Source of the DNA: a virus
Virus record (IMG/VR): IMGVR_UViG_3300045988_184088
Coordinates: 1-32,000 of that record
Length of the DNA stretch: 32,000 nucleotides
Direction: 5' to 3' (one strand)
The notes under the pieces are model-generated. The model saw nothing but the letters and a program-made list of their open reading frames with translations, was not told where the DNA came from and did no database searches. The translations under genes were made by a program, and so were the position numbers. Positions 24,834 through 32,000 of this stretch are shown piece after piece (the stretch's first letter is position 1; every line of letters starts with the position of its first letter).

Positions 24834-26048
24834 ATGAGTAAAAAGATTATCAATATCACCGCAGCTGCCATGGCACTTGCTGTGACACTTTCCGGCTGCG
24901 CCACAGCTGTGGTTCAGGAACGGAAAGACCAGGCGGCTGCAGCGGCAAGTGCCGAAGCAGCACAGGCTGCCGTCACAGCAACGCCGGAACCGACAGCAGA
25001 ACCGACCCCGGAACCCATCAATGCCTGGTCTTTGTTGTCGAATCTCCCGGATTTCACGCCCGGCACGCTGGACAATCCTGACACTACCTGGCCGGACGGT
25101 ATTCCGATGGGGCAGAGTCCTTTGTCTTACGATGACGGCAGCAAGTTCTATTCGCTGCGCAGCGTTGATACCGGCAAAACACTGGATATCACGGACGTTG
25201 CATTACAGGATGTACGGAATTTGCCTGTAAAGGGATATCTGAAATTGAACGAACTTGAAAACGGTGATACAGTCATTGGTGAAATCAACGCAGAATCCAC
25301 AGGCGAAGGCGTAGAAAAGGAAATCAGTGATTTTTCCATTCACACTGCCAGCAAGGATGACGGCTGTGACTATTATCCGATTGGATATAACGGCGGTTCA
25401 CTGACCTTGATGCTGGACGGTCGTGCAGCCAATGATGATGGCATCAATATCGGCGATGCGTTCCTTGACGGCCTCTATTATTCGTCTGTCACTCCGGACA
25501 AATTCGACGGCTATCCAACTGACGGAGAACCGAAAGAGCAGTTCAACTTCCTGTATGGTTTGTTTGGCAATCCGTCCGGGCTTTATTGGACGAACAACGA
25601 TTCTGTCGCTTTCGATTCCAGCAAGCAGTACCGTACTTTCGAGGATTTCCGGGATGCGCACTATGATGTCGAAATTGGCGGCAAGAACTTCTATCTGGTT
25701 TGGAACTATGACGGGTATAGTGTTGTTGCGGCGTGCAACGATACCTTTGACAGCGCTAATGTGAAGGGCACTACGATTCAGGATATCTACTTGTTCCCGA
25801 ACATGACAGAAACCAAGTACCTAGTCGAAAATTCCGGCAGCCTGATTAGTGGTTATCTGGGTTATGGTGAAGTTCCCGTCATCTTGACTGGTACATACGC
25901 ATCAGTCAACAGTGATTCGACTGTCGAACAGGATACAAGCGCGGAAGAAAACACCGACGCTGAATCTGGTGACAATTCCACGGCGGACGAAAACGCTGAG
26001 TCCAGTTCCGATGATAACAGCGACAGCTCGGAAAATTCAGATTCCTAA
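24834..26048 (+). CDS. secreted lipoprotein
   Basis: MSKKIINITAAAMALAVTLSGCATAVV lipobox LSGC; Ser/Asp/Glu-rich C-terminus. Confidence 0.85.
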   Translation: MSKKIINITAAAMALAVTLSGCATAVVQERKDQAAAAASAEAAQAAVTATPEPTAEPTPEPINAWSLLSNLPDFTPGTLDNPDTTWPDGIPMGQSPLSYDDGSKFYSLRSVDTGKTLDITDVALQDVRNLPVKGYLKLNELENGDTVIGEINAESTGEGVEKEISDFSIHTASKDDGCDYYPIGYNGGSLTLMLDGRAANDDGINIGDAFLDGLYYSSVTPDKFDGYPTDGEPKEQFNFLYGLFGNPSGLYWTNNDSVAFDSSKQYRTFEDFRDAHYDVEIGGKNFYLVWNYDGYSVVAACNDTFDSANVKGTTIQDIYLFPNMTETKYLVENSGSLISGYLGYGEVPVILTGTYASVNSDSTVEQDTSAEENTDAESGDNSTADENAESSSDDNSDSSENSDS

Positions 26049-26065
26049 TTCTTAAAAAATAGTTA

Positions 26066-26093
26066 TTGCGTATTCGTGCGAAACGCATACAAT
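26066..26093 (+). promoter_or_regulatory. TGCGA-spacer promoter module
   Basis: TTGCGT-ATTCGTGCGAAACGCA-TACAAT, then TTGTATGATAGATAAC and AGCAGACTATCCGTTTGGAGGTCTGCTTTTTTT. Confidence 0.78.
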
Positions 26094-26244
26094 AAAAATT
26101 GTATGATAGATAACAGCACACATACGCTATAATTTCACAATTCTGAGAAGCAGACTATCCGTTTGGAGGTCTGCTTTTTTTGTTGGAATTTTGCGGTGCT
26201 TTGCTGACGTTTATCGTAACTAAACACTACAAGGAGAAAGAAAA

Positions 26245-26568
26245 ATGACCGTAACGAACACTGTAACAGAAACAGAACACTTAACTCCCCTGCGTTCCGC
26301 TGTAGAGCACATCAACTGGAATACTTTGTACCAGCAGAAAATGGCTCTCGAAGAAGTTTCTGACATGCTCTATGCCAAGAGAAAAGAGGATGACACGTTT
26401 GGCAAGGCTTCCGCCTGGCTCGAAAGCGTCATTGCACTCATGGAACGCTTGGGGGATGCAGCAGAAGAGGAAGGAAAGTTTGATTATCCCGAGCGGGACG
26501 AAAACGATGAACATCTGGATAACAGGTTCAATCATGTGTTGAATCAGTACCCGGATGTGGATATCTGA
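26245..26568 (+). CDS. hypothetical protein
   Basis: MTVTNTVTETEHLTPLRSAVEHINWN.... Confidence 0.8.
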   Translation: MTVTNTVTETEHLTPLRSAVEHINWNTLYQQKMALEEVSDMLYAKRKEDDTFGKASAWLESVIALMERLGDAAEEEGKFDYPERDENDEHLDNRFNHVLNQYPDVDI

Positions 26569-26589
26569 CCAGTTCATATCAGGAGGACA

Positions 26590-26835
26590 ATGATGCGGAT
26601 TAACAGCAGTTGTGTGCTTCACAGCACCACGAGTCTCAACGCAAGAGTTCTTCCGCTCATTGGACGGGTCGGAACTCTTGAGCTGTCAAGTGGGCAGCCA
26701 CTCGTATTCAAAACAACAACACCAAAGCAACAAGACGTCCTGCGTACCAGCACAGTAAAAGCTATTGGCTTTGCAGGAAGCAGAATTTTTGTCAAAACCG
26801 AAAGAGGAACCCAATACACATTTGAATTCCAATAA
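26590..26835 (+). CDS. hypothetical protein
   Basis: MMRINSSCVLHSTTSLNARVLPLIGRV...; RBS AGGAGG. Confidence 0.7.
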   Translation: MMRINSSCVLHSTTSLNARVLPLIGRVGTLELSSGQPLVFKTTTPKQQDVLRTSTVKAIGFAGSRIFVKTERGTQYTFEFQ

Positions 26836-26916
26836 CACCCAAGCGGCCACTAATCTCATTTTTTTTATAGATTGGCGGCCGCTATTTTTTTATCAATTTG
26901 AAAGGAAGTTTTTATC

Positions 26917-27801
26917 ATGAATTTCATCAATGCCGCCACCAAGAAAGAACGCACCCATGTAGAAGAAATTATCAAGTCTCAGCCTGTTATGCCTCATGAA
27001 GGCATAACTGCCACTGAGATTGGTATTTGCGGCAAGCAGAATCTTTTCATGGACGTTTATCGCCCGGATAACGATGCCGAAAAGCATCCGATTATCATCG
27101 ATATCCACGGCGGCGGCTTGATTGCTGGCCGGAAAGAACAGAATCAGAACCTGGCAACCTGGCTCGCTAAGGAAGGCTATCTCACCTTTGTGCCGGATTA
27201 CCGTCTGGTCCCTGAAACCAACATCTTTGGCCAAATCACTGATGTCATCAATGCGTTTGCTACTGTAGCTGAACGTGCTGAAGATTTCGTTGGTGACTTG
27301 AATCAGGTCTTTGTAGTTGCCGACAGCGCTGGCGCATTCCTTGCCTGCATGGCAAGCTCTATTCTCCGCTATCCTGTCAAGATGCAGCCGGTAGAGGACG
27401 AACTGGAAGAGAACGTACCCGAGGCAGCCAAGAAGCTCGTCATCAACGCGATGGGCCTGCAGAGCGGTATGTATTACATCTACAAGGGCCAGGTAGGTTT
27501 GCTTCAGAACTACTATATGTCTAAGGGCTGGAAGAATCACAGTTATGCTGAGTTCATCAAGCCTGAAACCTATTCTAAACTCATTCCTCCGTGCTATATC
27601 TGCACCGGGAAAAAGGACTTTCTCAAGAAACAGACTTTTGGGTTTAAGAAATGCCTCGAAAACGAGCGCGTTCACCACGACTACGGGTTTATTTCCAAGA
27701 GAGAAACGGTCCATGCTTTTGCAGCGCTCTATCCTGAGACTGAATCTGCAGTCGGTGTGAACCGCGAGATGATTCGATTCTTTGACACCTTCAAAAAATA
27801 A
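26917..27801 (+). CDS. alpha/beta-hydrolase (esterase/lipase-like)
   Basis: IIIDIHGGGLIAGRKEQNQNLATWLAKEGYLTFVPDYRLVPE; VVADSAGAFLACMAS nucleophile elbow. Confidence 0.82.
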   Translation: MNFINAATKKERTHVEEIIKSQPVMPHEGITATEIGICGKQNLFMDVYRPDNDAEKHPIIIDIHGGGLIAGRKEQNQNLATWLAKEGYLTFVPDYRLVPETNIFGQITDVINAFATVAERAEDFVGDLNQVFVVADSAGAFLACMASSILRYPVKMQPVEDELEENVPEAAKKLVINAMGLQSGMYYIYKGQVGLLQNYYMSKGWKNHSYAEFIKPETYSKLIPPCYICTGKKDFLKKQTFGFKKCLENERVHHDYGFISKRETVHAFAALYPETESAVGVNREMIRFFDTFKK

Positions 27802-27816
27802 CAAGGAGCATATTTT

Positions 27817-28227
27817 ATGACTCACAACGAAATGGTTCATGGTCTCTGCACGCAGGAAACTATTACCGTACAGAACTTTGCTGAACTGATACGATTCACG
27901 CTCGATGCCAATGAAGAAGTCATCTACGACGGATGGATTAACGTCTACGTCCCTATCTGGTTCGATGCAGACAAAGCATTTGGCCTTGATTTGAACTCAG
28001 AAGAAAATGCAGATTGGATTAACATGTACATTGACTGGCATCCGGACGATACCATTCGTACATACATTTCCTACTGCAACAATTCCACCGATGACCCCGA
28101 CTTCAATCTCGAAATCATCATGAGCCCTCACCACCGGGAATTGTTCAATGCGTATTTCAAAGAACAGTTTAAGGCGGTTTATCACATGAGTGTCGAAGAA
28201 GCGTGGGCTAAATTCGGCACCGAATAA
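27817..28227 (+). CDS. hypothetical protein
   Basis: MTHNEMVHGLCTQETITVQNFAELIRFT.... Confidence 0.8.
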   Translation: MTHNEMVHGLCTQETITVQNFAELIRFTLDANEEVIYDGWINVYVPIWFDADKAFGLDLNSEENADWINMYIDWHPDDTIRTYISYCNNSTDDPDFNLEIIMSPHHRELFNAYFKEQFKAVYHMSVEEAWAKFGTE

Positions 28228-28246
28228 TATAGTGAGGAGATATATC

Positions 28247-28735
28247 ATGGCACGTAAAGAAATCAAAATTTTCATGGACGCCAAGGAAGCTGCCAGTTTC
28301 CTGAAAACTATCGATTGGTCCTGGCTGTTCGGCTTTCTCAGTGAGCGCTATAACGTTTCGCTCAGCCCTCACAAAGAGCTGAAAGACAACGGCGCAGCAA
28401 TCATCAAGGTCGAATGGCCTGATGAACTGATTGAAAAGTGCGGAATGATGGCTGATGTCTTCTCGTCAGTCAAGCTCGTCACGTTCGATTCGTATTTCAA
28501 GGAAATCGTGGAATACGATGAAGAAAAGTTCAATGAAGAACGTGAAGCATGGCTTACCAATCCGACAAAGACGTTCAGCTATCTCGATTGCGATGGCGTC
28601 GTCAAGGAACGGACTCTTGCGCTGAACATCTCCCTTCGCTATACGCTGTATGACGGAGGCTACAATTTCGCAACGCTGCTCTATGCGGTTTATTCCGATG
28701 TGAACGGCTGGACTATCCAAATGGAAAAGGAGTAA
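28247..28735 (+). CDS. hypothetical protein
   Basis: MARKEIKIFMDAKEAASFLKTIDWSWLFGFLS...; RBS GTGAGGAG. Confidence 0.8.
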   Translation: MARKEIKIFMDAKEAASFLKTIDWSWLFGFLSERYNVSLSPHKELKDNGAAIIKVEWPDELIEKCGMMADVFSSVKLVTFDSYFKEIVEYDEEKFNEEREAWLTNPTKTFSYLDCDGVVKERTLALNISLRYTLYDGGYNFATLLYAVYSDVNGWTIQMEKE

Positions 28736-29283
28736 TGGCAATGGTTGAAATGGCATTTAAGGTAAATCCCGGCACCACTTTCTACAAGAATTATTTCGCG
28801 ACAAAGGAGGAAAAAGCGCATTTCATTGAAATTGCAAAGCAGTTCTTCGACAAATATTTCCCTGATGAGAAGCTCTCGTATGTTTTAAATGACCGACTGA
28901 CTGTTGATTTGAAGCCGGAGCTGCTCGCCAAATACGAATCTCAGGTCATGAAACGCCGTGACCCTTACGGTTTTGTCATCTTCAAACAGCGTTCGCCCAT
29001 GAACTGCCTGTGGGAAGATGAGGTCTGTAAGAACGTGAACGGCAAGAAATTCCTTGCCAACCAGTTCTGGTGGGCCAACTTCAACGGTTATGGCCGCATC
29101 ACTACGGAGCTGTGGGATGATGAGCAGGGAAATATCTACGGATATTATTCCTGCGAATATGCAACTCGCAGCACCAAGGTTCCAGACACCGTTACGCAGA
29201 TTAAGCTGAGTGAATATCACGCGGCTTACGAAGCATACACGGAAGCCAAAAAAGCAACTGCTGACGCCGCTGCTACAGCTTGA
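28735..29283 (+). CDS. hypothetical protein
   Basis: MAMVEMAFKVNPGTTFYKNYFATKEEK...; start overlaps previous stop. Confidence 0.8.
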   Translation: MAMVEMAFKVNPGTTFYKNYFATKEEKAHFIEIAKQFFDKYFPDEKLSYVLNDRLTVDLKPELLAKYESQVMKRRDPYGFVIFKQRSPMNCLWEDEVCKNVNGKKFLANQFWWANFNGYGRITTELWDDEQGNIYGYYSCEYATRSTKVPDTVTQIKLSEYHAAYEAYTEAKKATADAAATA

Positions 29284-29307
29284 CGCTGCTTGCGATGCCG
29301 GTAAAAT
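29280..29307 (+). promoter_or_regulatory. TGCGA-spacer promoter module
   Basis: TTGACG-CTGCTTGCGATGCCGG-TAAAAT, then ATGTACGATAGATAGC and GGCAGACTC...GGGCCTGCCTTTTTT. Confidence 0.75.
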
Positions 29308-29433
29308 TGTGAATGTACGATAGATAGCATCTGCGCATTTCAGCGCTCGTACAATTCACAAACTGATACAACTAGGCAGACTCATCACCACGATGGGCCT
29401 GCCTTTTTTGTTTACAGAAAAAGGAGAAAAAAT

Positions 29434-30003
29434 ATGAACACAAAACGAATCAAAGAATTGGCTGCACTGACCGATGGAGAACTCGCAAGGAAACTTCTCA
29501 TTCAGGAGTTTGGCAATGACTCTGAAACCCATTGGGGAAACAACGCACACGATGAACGTGTGATGGTTACTATCAAACCAGACGGAATCGCTCAAAGGAC
29601 CTGGGAAGCCGACCATTGGGTTCGCCTTGACGAATTCGACAAAGACGGTTTCTATGCCCGTGAGATTTACGAGGGAAAATGGGTCGATGAGCCATTGCCC
29701 ATAAACGTCATTGCACGAAATGTCACAATTGCTGCACCGAAACCTATTCAGCAGGAATCCAAAGACACTGAAATTCTTCGAGCGGCACAAGTCCTGTGCA
29801 AGCAGCTGACAGGAGATGACACCTTTGGATGGAATCCTGAGCTTCTTGCACAGATTGCGGATTGCACGGCAGCTTTGCTTGCCACCAACGGAATCAGCTC
29901 TCATTTTCCGAGCGCCAATACTGAACCCATCTGCTCTTGGGAAAAGCCGGTCGTCGAACATCAGCGTCCGGATTACGCCCTGGAGTATGGTACTAACCAC
30001 TAA
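29434..30003 (+). CDS. hypothetical protein
   Basis: MNTKRIKELAALTDGELARKLLIQEFGN.... Confidence 0.8.
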   Translation: MNTKRIKELAALTDGELARKLLIQEFGNDSETHWGNNAHDERVMVTIKPDGIAQRTWEADHWVRLDEFDKDGFYAREIYEGKWVDEPLPINVIARNVTIAAPKPIQQESKDTEILRAAQVLCKQLTGDDTFGWNPELLAQIADCTAALLATNGISSHFPSANTEPICSWEKPVVEHQRPDYALEYGTNH

Positions 30004-30018
30004 AACGAGGAGGATATC

Positions 30019-30405
30019 ATGGCAAAAAACTATTTTGGTGTCGTTCTGACCACCAAGGAACACGATAAATATCGTCTTGTAGTATACCGCTACAAGGACC
30101 CTGGCATCCTTAATACCTGCCCGATGTGTCAGCTGCTTCGGGCCATTCACAAATTCCAGCAGGAATACACTGAAATTCACCGCGAACATTGCAGCCGTAT
30201 CCCGCCTCGCAAGTGGTACGAGCTTGGCAGAGTAATGCCGAGTATCGTTCTGCGGAAATACGGCCTGGAAAAGCATTACGAGATGTCATTTGAGCCGAGT
30301 CGCGTGCCTCCAGCTTCTGCGCTGAAACTCATCCCTGGTGCGACCGCTTCTAACTGGAAGCAGTACATCTGGTACGTTGATGGTGATGTGACGATGCTTG
30401 GCTAA
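30019..30405 (+). CDS. hypothetical protein
   Basis: MAKNYFGVVLTTKEHDKYRLVVYRYKDPG...; RBS GAGGA. Confidence 0.8.
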   Translation: MAKNYFGVVLTTKEHDKYRLVVYRYKDPGILNTCPMCQLLRAIHKFQQEYTEIHREHCSRIPPRKWYELGRVMPSIVLRKYGLEKHYEMSFEPSRVPPASALKLIPGATASNWKQYIWYVDGDVTMLG

Positions 30406-30411
30406 AGACCA

Positions 30412-30439
30412 TTGCACATTCGTGCGAGACTCATACAAT
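30412..30439 (+). promoter_or_regulatory. TGCGA-spacer promoter module
   Basis: TTGCAC-ATTCGTGCGAGACTCA-TACAAT, then TTGTACGATAGATACC hairpin and GGCGGACTTCC...GGAGGTCCGCCTTTTT. Confidence 0.8.
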
Positions 30440-30573
30440 TAGAATTGTACGATAGATACCAGCAATCGAAAAGGTGCTTTGCCTTTCGTACAATTCACAT
30501 TTCGCTTGAAGGCGGACTTCCAATATCTGGAGGTCCGCCTTTTTGCGTACTTACAAAAAAAGGAGTGTAAATT

Positions 30574-30864
30574 ATGTTTATCATCACAAAAACATTTACC
30601 GATGACGAGGGCCATCTTTTCACAAAGGTAAATCCAAAGCAGTATTCCACTCCCGGAGAAGCATACGATGCTATGCGTGAGGATTACCTCAACGAGCTCA
30701 AAAGCCGAGGTCTTGAGGACAACGGTAGTTCCAATGACGATGGCGAATCCTGCCCTGGCGGATACATCATCAGCGATGAGGCTCAAATCTACGATTTTGC
30801 CCAATACACTCCGTATGAACAGCTTCTTCCTGCTGTTTTGTTCGGAGTCCATCGGATTGGTTAA
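30574..30864 (+). CDS. hypothetical protein
   Basis: MFIITKTFTDDEGHLFTKVNPKQYS...; RBS AAAGGAG. Confidence 0.8.
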   Translation: MFIITKTFTDDEGHLFTKVNPKQYSTPGEAYDAMREDYLNELKSRGLEDNGSSNDDGESCPGGYIISDEAQIYDFAQYTPYEQLLPAVLFGVHRIG

Positions 30865-30875
30865 GGAGAATCGCA

Positions 30876-31682
30876 ATGGCTAAGAAAAGTGCAAGAAAAG
30901 AAATCACAAAAATCAACCTGAAACAAGCTGCGCTCGAAGGTCTTTCCTGCGAGAGAGCCTGTGAAACTGCCAAGCGTGCAGGGAAACCCTCTTATCGCTT
31001 CACGGTTGGCGACAAAGTACAGGTTGGTCACCTTCTAAACTGCGTTGTTGACGAGGCTCTGGAAGGCGGGTACATGTATCTTATCCGCAGTGGTGCAAAC
31101 AGCGATAACTATTCCTGCTGGGCTTGGACAAACGTTCGCCCGCTGGATGATGACAAAGATACGCATTTCGCCAAGCGCAATTCTGCACTGTCCCGCCTGC
31201 ACTACTCAAACCGCAGCATGTACTCTCTGCTCAGCTTCCAATACCTGTTCGGCGTTGATTTCAACCCTGATTATCAGCGTGGTTCTGTTTGGGATGATGA
31301 GGGCAGGGAAAAGCTGTTGGACAGCATCTTTATGGGTCGCGAGATTGGTCGTTTCGTCTTTAAGCAGCTGCCATTCACTCGCACAAGCAACGATGGCAAC
31401 TACTATGAAATCGTTGATGGCAAGCAGCGTATGTTGACCCTGCTTGCTTTTTATGAGAACCGATTCCCGTACAAAGGCGTATTTTACAATGACCTTTCCG
31501 CACAGGACAAGAACTGGTTTATGGATGCCTCCATTGGCGTTGCTGAGATTGACCAGAGCGTAACTCGCGCAGAAGTCTTGGAAATTTTCCTTGCCATGAA
31601 TGAAGGCGGTAAGCCTGTCGCAAAGGAAGTTCTCGACCATGCACGCGAACTGCTAAACGAAGAGAAGGGAGAAGGATTATGA
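30876..31682 (+). CDS. DUF262 domain protein (GmrSD/ParB-like nuclease superfamily N-terminal domain)
   Basis: FNPDYQRGSVWDDEGREKLLDSIFMGREIGRFVFKQLP...YYEIVDGKQRMLTLLAFYE. Confidence 0.82.
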   Translation: MAKKSARKEITKINLKQAALEGLSCERACETAKRAGKPSYRFTVGDKVQVGHLLNCVVDEALEGGYMYLIRSGANSDNYSCWAWTNVRPLDDDKDTHFAKRNSALSRLHYSNRSMYSLLSFQYLFGVDFNPDYQRGSVWDDEGREKLLDSIFMGREIGRFVFKQLPFTRTSNDGNYYEIVDGKQRMLTLLAFYENRFPYKGVFYNDLSAQDKNWFMDASIGVAEIDQSVTRAEVLEIFLAMNEGGKPVAKEVLDHARELLNEEKGEGL

Positions 31683-32000
31683 GTCCTATGTTCAAACAAA
31701 AGGTCGGTATGACGAAAATTTATGCAAAAGGAATCGCAGAACTCTTTCTTATTCGCTGCAATCCCTATCATTGGGACGGCAGCGGGGAAGTGCCTGATAA
31801 CATCAGCTTCGATGTGTACAAGCGCAAAATCGATGAAACATACGATGGCTGCACACTCAAAATTCAGCTTTGCAAACCTGATGGTTGTCTTTGCTATGCG
31901 GCTTCTGTTCACCTGTATGAAGGCGGATTCTGGACAGGGCACGGCATTGGCTGTTTCGACAAGACTGTGATTTGCAACGACCCTGGTTCTGTCGATGCCT
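31679..32000 (+). CDS. hypothetical protein, truncated by window end
   Basis: MSPMFKQKVGMTKIYAKGIAELFLIRCN...; start overlaps previous stop. Confidence 0.7.
   Translation, partial: MSPMFKQKVGMTKIYAKGIAELFLIRCNPYHWDGSGEVPDNISFDVYKRKIDETYDGCTLKIQLCKPDGCLCYAASVHLYEGGFWTGHGIGCFDKTVICNDPGSVDA

Noticed and set aside
1-32000. CRISPR array
   Set aside because: No regularly spaced direct repeats with unique spacers found; the repeated leader and hairpin motifs are dispersed and intergenic.

Overview
This 32-kb window looks like accessory DNA from a gut Firmicutes phage or phage-like element. It carries 16 tRNA genes, mostly small hypothetical genes, and several host-interaction genes. The most interesting content is non-coding. 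(1) Three HDV-fold self-cleaving ribozymes (theta-ribozyme-like) lie inside the tRNA cluster, at about 1298-1378, 1527-1599 and 2554-2615. Each has a 7-bp P1, a GCC-TCCWCGY-GGC P3/L3 and a matched P2, with covariation between copies. (2) There is a full-length iscB with an upstream omega-RNA-like region. The RuvC-I aspartate of its protein appears replaced by serine, while the HNH motif looks intact. (3) Several decayed or miniaturised IscB/TnpB pieces are present, including an omegaRNA-like structured block fused to only the first and last codons of an iscB-like gene. A hairpin motif (CCTAA-stem-TATAGACGG) shared with the intact iscB leader occurs five times. (4) A family of about 10 intergenic promoter/leader modules has a fixed 16-nt spacer containing TGCGA, often followed by a GTACGATAGATA leader hairpin and an attenuator-like terminator. 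(5) One RBS-preceded reading frame is interrupted by two in-frame TAG codons in a region where TAG is nearly absent as a stop. (6) An AcrVA2-like C-terminal fragment is present. Recognisable proteins include an HD/RelA-like protein, an XRE regulator, an ASCH protein, a phage tail lysozyme-domain membrane protein, DUF4176, DUF5684-like, a GHKL ATPase, a lipoprotein, an alpha/beta hydrolase and a DUF262 protein. All calls are from reading the sequence; no searches or folding programs were run.
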